From the NCBI GenBank assembly GCA_000091165.1, contig FP565575.1:2100001-2132000 (forward strand): DNA of 32,000 bases, given 5' to 3'. A model generated the notes under the pieces. It did not search any database and had not been told where the DNA came from. It worked only from the letters and a program-made list of their open reading frames with translations. Positions 8,422 through 14,847 of this stretch are shown here, in pieces; within the stretch, counting starts at the first letter, position 1, and each line of letters opens with the position of its first letter. The translations under genes and the position numbers were made by a program. Source of the DNA: Candidatus Methylomirabilis oxygeniifera (GTDB lineage: Bacteria > Methylomirabilota > Methylomirabilia > Methylomirabilales > Methylomirabilaceae).

Positions 8422-8445
8422 GACAGCTGTCCCACCACAGCTGTC
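8422..8445. promoter_or_regulatory. Tandem ACAGCTGTC palindromes; candidate enhancer (UAS) for the sigma-54 promoter, or a terminator-like hairpin of the regulator gene
   Basis: gACAGCTGTC (8422-8431) and ACAGCTGTC (8437-8445) are 14 bp apart, start to start. Together they can also fold as an 8-bp stem (gacagctg/cagctgtc). They lie directly after the regulator stop codon. Confidence 0.35.
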
Positions 8446-10116
8446 TCAGACTGAGTCAATCTGCGTCTGTCGTTTCAGACCAAACTGCTCCAGTTTGCGA
8501 TACAGCGTACTGCGGGAGATGCCGAGCTGGGCCGCGGCCTGCGACAAATTCCCCGCACATTGCTGGACGATCTGACAGATGAGCTGCCGTTCGGTCTGCG
8601 CGAGCCAGCCGCCGGGCTCCGGCCGCTCGGAGGCCTCCCCGCGCAGGGTGCGAATCGCCTCGGGAAAGTCGTCCCAGCGGATCTCGGGCCGCGGCAGGAG
8701 CACGCCCACCTGCTGCAGGACATTGCGCAGCTCCCGGACATTGCCGGGCCACGGATACGGGGTGAGCGCGAGCGCGCGCAGCGCCTCCTCCGTAAAGCGC
8801 AGGTCCGGGCAGTGCAAGGCGGCGGCGACATCGGCCAGGAAGGAGGCCGCCAGCAGGGGGATATCCTCCCGCCGCTCCCGCAAGGGCGGCAGGTGGATCG
8901 AAATGACATTGAGCCGGTAGTACAGGTCCTCCCGAAACAGCCCCTTGGCCACCTCTTTGAGCAGGTCTTTATTGGTCGCGGCGATGATGCGGACATCGAG
9001 GGGGACCGGCTGGCCGCTCCCTAGTCGGGTGAGCTCCTGCTGCTCCAGCACCCGCAGGAGCGCCACCTGGGTGCTGGGCGAGCACTCGCTGACCTCATCG
9101 AGGAAGAGGGTGCCGCCCTGGGCCTCTTCGAACCGGCCCGACCGGCCGCCTTTGCGCGCGCCGGTAAAGGTGCCGTCTTCATAGCCGAACAGCTCAGACT
9201 CGATCAGCTCCCGGGGGATGGCACCGCAGTTGACCGCGATGAACGGCTTGGGGGCGCGGGGGGAGCTGGCGTGGATCGCATGCGCGAGCATCTCTTTCCC
9301 GGTCCCCGATTCCCCGGTGATGAGGACGGAGAGGGTGTTGCCGGCGGCGATGAGGCCGATCTTGGTCGCGTTGCGGAAGGCGGCGGACTGCCCCACCAGA
9401 TCGGCAAAGGTGTACTTGGCCCCCACCACGATCGCCTTGGGCTTGCGGGGGACGGGCGGCTCCAGTCGGGCGGTCGGAAAGAGCACGGCGGCGGCGACCA
9501 CCTGCGAGCCGTGCCGGAGCGCCAGGCCCCAGGCCGTAAGGAGCCGGCCGCTACGCCCGCAGTAGACCTTGACCTCCTGGGGGCTGGAGGGGGCACGGGT
9601 CAGCAGGGTGCGGCCGACCTCGGCCAGCTCCGGGATCGCCGCGACGGAGGGCCGGGCGGGGTCGAGCTGCAGCAGGTGCGCGGCGGCCCGATTGCACAGC
9701 AGCACCTGCCCCTGCGGATCCAGCACCAGCAGGCCGTCGCTGAGCAACTCCGCGGCGGCGGTGAGCGGCCCCAGCAGCGCCTCGGCAGCGCGCGCCGGCG
9801 GGACGTCGGGCAACGGCGGGGCGAGGAGCGAGCCGGCTAAGAGCTCGATCACCAGATCGCTTTGGACGTGGGTGCGGCAGAGCAGGACGTGGCCCTGGGC
9901 CTGCTCGCTGGCGGAGAGCACGTGATCCGGCGGCGCGACCAGGTGGGCCTGGCCGCTGCGGAGGCGGGCCTTACAGCCCCCGCACTCGCCGTCCGCGCAG
10001 CGGTAATCGACCAGGCGCAGGCCCTGGCGCAGGGCGACCTGCAGGACCGACTCGGTGTCGTCACACTCGATGGTGATGCCCAGCGGTTCAAACCGGACCT
10101 TGCGCATCCGCGTCAT
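8446..10116 (-). CDS. Sigma-54-dependent transcriptional activator with N-terminal 2Fe-2S ferredoxin-like domain and PAS-like sensor region
   Basis: The N-terminus has C-ADGE-C-GG-C ... LLC (a plant-type Cx4Cx2C..C pattern). A PAS-like LLVLDPQGQVLLCNRAAAHLL follows. The AAA+ domain has Walker A GESGTGKE, GTFTGA (a GAFTGA variant) and GGTLFLDEV. The C-terminal Fis-type HTH is LSQAAAQLGISRSTLYRKL. ATG 10116 has AGGAG 9 nt upstream; an alternative GTG at 10182 overlaps the helicase stop (GTGA). Confidence 0.9.
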   Translation of the reverse strand: MTRMRKVRFEPLGITIECDDTESVLQVALRQGLRLVDYRCADGECGGCKARLRSGQAHLVAPPDHVLSASEQAQGHVLLCRTHVQSDLVIELLAGSLLAPPLPDVPPARAAEALLGPLTAAAELLSDGLLVLDPQGQVLLCNRAAAHLLQLDPARPSVAAIPELAEVGRTLLTRAPSSPQEVKVYCGRSGRLLTAWGLALRHGSQVVAAAVLFPTARLEPPVPRKPKAIVVGAKYTFADLVGQSAAFRNATKIGLIAAGNTLSVLITGESGTGKEMLAHAIHASSPRAPKPFIAVNCGAIPRELIESELFGYEDGTFTGARKGGRSGRFEEAQGGTLFLDEVSECSPSTQVALLRVLEQQELTRLGSGQPVPLDVRIIAATNKDLLKEVAKGLFREDLYYRLNVISIHLPPLRERREDIPLLAASFLADVAAALHCPDLRFTEEALRALALTPYPWPGNVRELRNVLQQVGVLLPRPEIRWDDFPEAIRTLRGEASERPEPGGWLAQTERQLICQIVQQCAGNLSQAAAQLGISRSTLYRKLEQFGLKRQTQIDSV

Positions 10117-10178
10117 CCTCGTGGACTCCTGGGGGGTCCCCTGCCGTCCGGCGGGCACGCCGGACGGCATCGGGGGGC

Positions 10179-11402
10179 TCACGCCCCCTCGGTTTCCGCC
10201 GACTTTCGACCCTGGCGCACGCTATTCGCGGCCACCGCGGCACCGGCAGCTACCCCTGGGGCAAACGCCGATTCGTCCGGCCACTGCACAGGAATCTTAA
10301 ACCCGATGTACCGCTCGATCGCATCAAGCGACAGCACATATTCCTCGTCAGCCAGACTGATCGCCTTACCGGCTGCCCCGGCCCGCGCCGTTCGTCCGAT
10401 CCGGTGGACGTAATCTTCCGGGTCCTGCGGGAGGTCGTAGTTGATCACGTGACTGACCGCCTCAACATGCAACCCACGCGATGCGACATCGGTCGCCACC
10501 AGGATCGGCAGCGTGCCCGCTTTGAACTTGGTGATAATCTGGAGGCGCTTACGCTGATCGATGCTACCGCTGATCAGGCCCGCCCGGAAGCCGCACCGGA
10601 CCAACTTATCAGTGAGCCGCTCGGCGCCCTGCCGAGTATTCGAAAAGATCAGGATCCGTTGCCACGCCTCGCGCTGAAGCAACCAGCGCAACAGCCGGAA
10701 TTTTTCCTGCTTCTCGACGTGAAAGAGCAGATGTTCAACCTTGTCGACCGTAACCTGTTCCGGGGAAATGGCGACCTTAATCGGATTATTCATAAACTCG
10801 TACGACAGCTCCATCTCTCGAAATGAAAGCGTCGCCGAAAACAGGAATGACTGACGCTTATGGTAGGGGGGGAGCCGCCTCAGCAGGAAGCGAAGGTCCT
10901 TGATGAACCCCATGTCGAACATCCGGTCGGCCTCGTCCACAACCAGGACTTCGACTTGAGAGAGTTCGTAGACCCCCTGCTTGAAGTAATCGATGAGCCG
11001 CCCGGGTGTTCCGATGAGGATATCGACGTTCTGTTGAAGCGCGTCCCGCTGTTTCTGATAGTCCACCCCTCCATAGGCTGCGAGCCGTGTCAGGCCGGTG
11101 AATCCACCCAACAACTCCGCATCCCACAGGATCTGCACGGCCAGCTCACGCGTGGGCGCCAGGATCAGGGCTCGGGGGGCGCCGGAAAGCGTAGGGTGTC
11201 TTGAAGTGAGTAGTCTGACAAAGAGGGGGATCAGGAAAGCGGCTGTCTTACCGCTGCCGGTCTGAGCTTGCCCGGCAATATCTTTCCCCGCCAGGGCGAG
11301 CGGCAGCGTCTCAGCCTGGATCGGTGTACACTGAGTAAAACCGGCCGCCTCTATTCCCCTCGCGATCGACGCGGGAAGTGAAAAGGTGTCGAAGGTCGTC
11401 AT
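10179..11402 (-). CDS. DEAD-box ATP-dependent RNA helicase
   Basis: 407 aa. Motifs seen: Q-motif ...GFTQCTPIQ, AQTGSGKT, PTRELA, DEAD, SAT and HRIGRTARAG. Confidence 0.92.
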   Translation of the reverse strand: MTTFDTFSLPASIARGIEAAGFTQCTPIQAETLPLALAGKDIAGQAQTGSGKTAAFLIPLFVRLLTSRHPTLSGAPRALILAPTRELAVQILWDAELLGGFTGLTRLAAYGGVDYQKQRDALQQNVDILIGTPGRLIDYFKQGVYELSQVEVLVVDEADRMFDMGFIKDLRFLLRRLPPYHKRQSFLFSATLSFREMELSYEFMNNPIKVAISPEQVTVDKVEHLLFHVEKQEKFRLLRWLLQREAWQRILIFSNTRQGAERLTDKLVRCGFRAGLISGSIDQRKRLQIITKFKAGTLPILVATDVASRGLHVEAVSHVINYDLPQDPEDYVHRIGRTARAGAAGKAISLADEEYVLSLDAIERYIGFKIPVQWPDESAFAPGVAAGAAVAANSVRQGRKSAETEGA

Positions 11403-11498
11403 GCACCGCTCCCGGCCACGACAATCTCAGCAGGTCGTCCCGCGAAGCGTGCGCTGATCAGTCGATTGTGTCGTGCTGGCATAGACATACTTATTCTT

Positions 11499-11527
11499 AT
11501 TATGCCTCTCATAATGGGGATTGACAA
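11499..11527 (-). promoter_or_regulatory. Sigma-70-like promoter for the helicase operon
   Basis: Minus strand reads TTGTCA (11527-11522), 17-nt spacer, CATAAT (11504-11499). This is about 95 nt upstream of ATG 11402. Confidence 0.35.
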
Positions 11528-11549
11528 GGTAAATCGGTTGTGGTAAAAA
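11521..11549 (+). promoter_or_regulatory. Sigma-70-like promoter for the lipoprotein gene, back to back with the helicase promoter
   Basis: TTGACA (11521-11526), 17-nt spacer, TAAAAA (11544-11549), preceded by TG. Confidence 0.3.
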
Positions 11550-11713
11550 AACTCGTTTCGTTTTTGAGTGGCCCGATGTCGTCTTGAAGATCGTACGGAA
11601 AGGTGATTATTGAAGCCTGGCCGTTGATCCCCTCCTCGATGGCCCGCCATCCGGGACGCGTTGTTTGGAGCTTGGGTTTTTTTTTAACACTTTAACTTTC
11701 TACGGAGGTGACA

Positions 11714-12151
11714 GTGAGACTGAGAAATGTTGTAACTGGAATGGTCGTCTTAACGTTCGTTTTCCTCGCCGGCTGCGGAGGAGGCGGAGGAGAAGCCAAA
11801 GGGGATCCCATCGCCATAGCACAGCAGTTCATAGATTTGTACTATAAGCAAGGAAATACCCAGGAGGCAAAGGCGCTGGCTAACCCCGAGATGGCCGAGA
11901 AGATTCAAGCGACCGCGGCGGCGGCGGCGGAGACCGCTGGAGATCAGGAGGTCTCGTATATCCTGAAGGAACAGAGCAGAGAGGGCAAGCATTCATACGC
12001 CCTGTTTCAGATGATGGTCAAGAAAAAGGACGGTGAACCCGTGTACAAGACGATCTCCCTTTTCGTCGATCTGGTCGACGGCGCCTGGAAGGTAACCCTC
12101 TTCGACGAGAGGATCGAGCCCGGGCCGCACCAGGAAACAACGAAGGGTTAG
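11714..12151 (+). CDS. Hypothetical lipoprotein
   Basis: GTG 11714 lies 5 nt after GGAGG; the track start at 11708 sits inside the SD. The signal peptide carries a lipobox ...FVFLAGC, followed by a Gly-rich linker and a small alpha/beta domain. Confidence 0.7.
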   Translation: MRLRNVVTGMVVLTFVFLAGCGGGGGEAKGDPIAIAQQFIDLYYKQGNTQEAKALANPEMAEKIQATAAAAAETAGDQEVSYILKEQSREGKHSYALFQMMVKKKDGEPVYKTISLFVDLVDGAWKVTLFDERIEPGPHQETTKG

Positions 12152-12200
12152 TGAGACCTTCAGGCTGAAGGCTATTAGGTAGTCCCTTCTCCCTTCTTAG

Positions 12201-12246
12201 AAAATAAAAAAGCCCCCAGGGGATTCCCCCTGGGGGCTTTCACTTT
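12201..12246. terminator. Bidirectional rho-independent terminator (lipoprotein + / groEL -)
   Basis: A 12-bp GC stem, agcccccagggg (12211-12222) pairing with cccctgggggct (12227-12238). It is flanked by AAAATAAAAA upstream and TTTCACTTT downstream. Confidence 0.85.
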
Positions 12247-12259
12247 CAAGAGCAGCATT

Positions 12260-12287
12260 GAGCTGACAGCTAACAGCTAATCGCTGC
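12260..12287. repeat. Tandem heptamer block (CAGC/GCTG-core family)
   Basis: gagctga cagctaa cagctaa tcgctgc, between the groEL stop and its terminator. A related palindrome ccttcaggctgaagg lies at 12157-12171. Confidence 0.6.
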
Positions 12288-12291
12288 CTTA

Positions 12292-13926
12292 TTAATACAT
12301 ATCGCCCATCCCGCCGTGGCCTCCCGGCGGCATCTGCGGCGCCTTCTCCTTTTCCGGAACCTCAGTCACCAGCGCCTCGGTGGTAATCATCAACGACGCG
12401 ATGCTCGACGCGTTCTGCAGCGCAATCCGAGCGACCTTGGTCGGGTCGATGATCCCGGCCACCAGCATATCCTCATACGTCTCCGTCTCGGCGTTGAAGC
12501 CGTATGAACCGTTGTTCTCTCGGACCTTCTGGACGACAATCGAGCCCTCAACTCCTGCATTCTCCGCAATCTGGCGGATCGGCTCCTCCAGCGCGCGACG
12601 AATGATGTCGCCGCCGACCTTCTCGTCGCCTTCAAGCTTCAGCTTTTCGACGACCCTCGACGCTCGAAGGAAAGCCACGCCGCCACCGGGGACGATCCCC
12701 TCTTCGACAGCCGCGCGGGTCGCGTTCAGCGCATCCTCGACCCGGGCCTTCTTCTCCTTCATCGCGATCTCGGTAGCCGCTCCGACCTTGATGACCGCCA
12801 CACCGCCGGCAAGCTTGGCCAGCCGCTCTTGCAGTTTCTCCCTGTCGTAGTCCGAGGTCGACTCCTCGACCTGGGTTCGAATCTGCTTGATACGGCCTTC
12901 GATCTCCTTCTGGGCGCCGGCACCTTCGATGATGGTCGTATTCTCCTTATCGATGACCACTTTCTTCGCCTTGCCCAGATCGTCCAGTCGAATATTCTCC
13001 AGCTTGATCCCCAACTCCTCAGAGATCACCTCACCGCCGGTGAGTACCGCGATGTCCTTCAGCATCTCCTTACGCCGATCGCCAAAGCCCGGCGCCTTGA
13101 CCGCCGCGCAGCTCAGGGTCCCACGCAGCTTGTTGACCACCAGAGTGGCCAGCGCCTCACCCTCAACCTCTTCAGCAATCACCATCAGCGGCTTGCCCAT
13201 CTTAGCGATCTGTTCCAGAATCGGCAGGAGATCCTTGAGGTTACTGATCTTCTTTTCGTGGATCAGGATCAGCGGGTTTTCCAGGACTACCTCCATCCGC
13301 TCAGGGTCGGTCACGAAATATGGCGACGTATAGCCTCGATCAAACTGCATCCCCTCAACCACCTCGAGGGTCGTCTCCATGCTCTTCGCTTCCTCGACGG
13401 TGATGACCCCGTCTTTGCCGACCTTCTCCATGGCATCGGCGATGAGCTCGCCGATCGTCTTATCGTTATTGGCCGAGATCGTGGCAACCTGGGAGATCTC
13501 CTTCTTCCCCTTGGTCGGCTTGGAGATCTTCCTGAGTTCATCCACGATACCCTCAACGGCCTTCTCGATTCCCCGCTTCAACGCCATCGGGTTCGCGCCG
13601 GCCGTGACGTTCCTGATCCCCTCTCGGAAGATAGCCTGGGCCAGCACAGTGGCAGTGGTGGTGCCGTCTCCGGCAACATCGGAGGTCTTGCTCGCAACCT
13701 CCTTCACCATCTGGGCGCCCATATTCTCAAAGTTATCTTCCAGTTCGATCTCCTTGGCTACCGTAACGCCATCCTTCGTAATATTCGGAGCGCCGAACTT
13801 CTTATCGATGACCACGTTACGCCCCTTAGGACCCAGAGTCACCTTCACGGCGGCGGCAAGGACGTCCACACCCTTCTGAATCTTCCGCCTTGCCTCCTCA
13901 TCAAACAGCAACTGCTTCGCTGGCAT
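12292..13926 (-). CDS. groL: Chaperonin GroEL (60 kDa)
   Basis: The start was moved to ATG 13926 (GAGGAGG SD) within ORF 12292-13944. The product reads [15 protein letters not shown]...[13 protein letters not shown]... and has a C-terminal GGM-type tail ([10 protein letters not shown]). Confidence 0.97.
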   Translation of the reverse strand: MPAKQLLFDEEARRKIQKGVDVLAAAVKVTLGPKGRNVVIDKKFGAPNITKDGVTVAKEIELEDNFENMGAQMVKEVASKTSDVAGDGTTTATVLAQAIFREGIRNVTAGANPMALKRGIEKAVEGIVDELRKISKPTKGKKEISQVATISANNDKTIGELIADAMEKVGKDGVITVEEAKSMETTLEVVEGMQFDRGYTSPYFVTDPERMEVVLENPLILIHEKKISNLKDLLPILEQIAKMGKPLMVIAEEVEGEALATLVVNKLRGTLSCAAVKAPGFGDRRKEMLKDIAVLTGGEVISEELGIKLENIRLDDLGKAKKVVIDKENTTIIEGAGAQKEIEGRIKQIRTQVEESTSDYDREKLQERLAKLAGGVAVIKVGAATEIAMKEKKARVEDALNATRAAVEEGIVPGGGVAFLRASRVVEKLKLEGDEKVGGDIIRRALEEPIRQIAENAGVEGSIVVQKVRENNGSYGFNAETETYEDMLVAGIIDPTKVARIALQNASSIASLMITTEALVTEVPEKEKAPQMPPGGHGGMGDMY

Positions 13927-14026
13927 ATCAGCTTTCCTCCTCAACCTGCGTCAGTTCCCCGATCGGAGTCGGGGACAAGGTTTAACTACGAAATGGCGAT
14001 CTCCTCGTCAACGCTCTGCAGCCCTG

Positions 14027-14314
14027 CTATTGCAGGATGCATAGAACGTCTTCCTCCCGCATGATCAGGAATTCCTCATTGTCGACCTTGACCTCCGAAC
14101 CGGAGTACTTGCCAAAGAGGATCTTATCGCCTGCCTTCACATCCATCGGCTGTCGCTTTCCATCATCACCGACCTTGCCCGGCCCGACGGCAATCACTTC
14201 GCCTTCTTGGGGCTTCTCTTTCGCAGTATCGGGGATAATGATCCCGCCCTTCTTGATTTCTTTTTCTTCCAGACGCTTCACCAGGATTCGGTCGTGCAAC
14301 GGCTTTACCCTCAC
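14027..14314 (-). CDS. groS: Co-chaperonin GroES (10 kDa)
   Basis: 95 aa, with GTG start 14314 and AAGGAG 9 nt upstream. The product reads (M)[18 protein letters not shown]...[13 protein letters not shown]. It sits immediately upstream of groEL. Confidence 0.95.
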   Translation of the reverse strand: MRVKPLHDRILVKRLEEKEIKKGGIIIPDTAKEKPQEGEVIAVGPGKVGDDGKRQPMDVKAGDKILFGKYSGSEVKVDNEEFLIMREEDVLCILQ

Positions 14315-14444
14315 GATCGCTTACTCCTTTCTCCGCGGAGCAGATATGCTCCAGCAACTCCCTACCTGTGTGATATACGCAGGCAGGCAATACGGTTTAC
14401 CCTCAAGCACTATACAACGGGCAGTCCAGCAGCTAACCATTCTG

Positions 14445-14471
14445 TTAGCACTCTCTCGTGGAGAGTGCTAA
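14445..14471. promoter_or_regulatory. CIRCE operator (HrcA binding site)
   Basis: TTAGCACTC-N9-GAGTGCTAA, an exact match to the consensus. It lies between the groES promoter -10 and the gene. Confidence 0.9.
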
Positions 14472-14473
14472 TT

Positions 14474-14502
14474 ACTATAGGCCGTGAGGCTCTCATTCGC
14501 AA
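14474..14502 (-). promoter_or_regulatory. Sigma-70-like groESL promoter
   Basis: Minus strand reads TTGCGA (14502-14497), 17-nt spacer, TATAGT (14479-14474). CIRCE starts 3 nt downstream. Confidence 0.65.
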
Positions 14503-14513
14503 GGACAATTATT

Positions 14514-14545
14514 CATATATTTCACCGAATAATCGGAAATATATG
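14514..14545. repeat. Perfect 10-bp inverted repeat in an AT-rich spacer (candidate operator or UP region)
   Basis: catatatttc (14514-14523) and gaaatatatg (14536-14545), separated by 12 nt. It lies 12 bp upstream of the groES -35. Confidence 0.5.
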
Positions 14546-14580
14546 TATTTTCTCGACAATACTCGCTCCTATCGTTGTTT

Positions 14581-14611
14581 ATCGCAAATATACTCAGGTA
14601 CTATTTGCGAT
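14581..14611. repeat. Perfect 10-bp inverted repeat
   Basis: atcgcaaata (14581-14590) and tatttgcgat (14602-14611), separated by 11 nt. Confidence 0.5.
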
Positions 14612-14720
14612 GAGCCTATTTTTAACGCTCCGATCCGATGTTCAACTCTCAGGGGCCAACATCGAACCGGGAACATTGAACTTCGCTCGCCAGCGCCATC
14701 CCCTTCGACCGATAATGGTC

Positions 14721-14750
14721 TTGACAGCGTTCAACCCGGGTACCTATACT
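14721..14750 (+). promoter_or_regulatory. Sigma-70-like promoter for the sugar-nucleotide operon
   Basis: TTGACA (14721-14726), 18-nt spacer, TATACT (14745-14750). Confidence 0.55.
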
Positions 14751-14761
14751 CCCTCAATACA

Positions 14762-14827
14762 GGCTGAAGACTGAAGGCCGAACCTAAAAACCTTCAGTCT
14801 TCAGCCTAAACCGCTGACTGCTGAACA
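14762..14827. repeat. Heptamer-family repeat forming a perfect 16-bp hairpin, plus a further heptamer run
   Basis: ggctgaagactgaagg (14762-14777) is the exact reverse complement of ccttcagtcttcagcc (14791-14806). ccgctga ctgctga follows at 14811-14824. All of this lies in the 5' leader of the 14848 gene. Confidence 0.65.
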
Positions 14828-14847
14828 CTGTTTTTCAAGGAACACAC

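Noticed and set aside
8456-10413. Many overlapping 80-190-aa ORFs in several frames
   Set aside because: They are a consequence of the very high GC (stop-poor) composition of the regulator gene. Only the frame with ferredoxin, AAA+ and HTH motifs is credible.
12829-14064. 411-aa ORF on the plus strand, plus other ORFs between 12316 and 13879
   Set aside because: They are antisense or out of frame relative to groEL, which is unmistakable. These are shadow ORFs.
14484-14774. 96-aa ORF in the AT-rich groES upstream spacer
   Set aside because: It runs through promoter elements and palindromes. Its codon composition is unlike all neighbouring genes and it has no SD.
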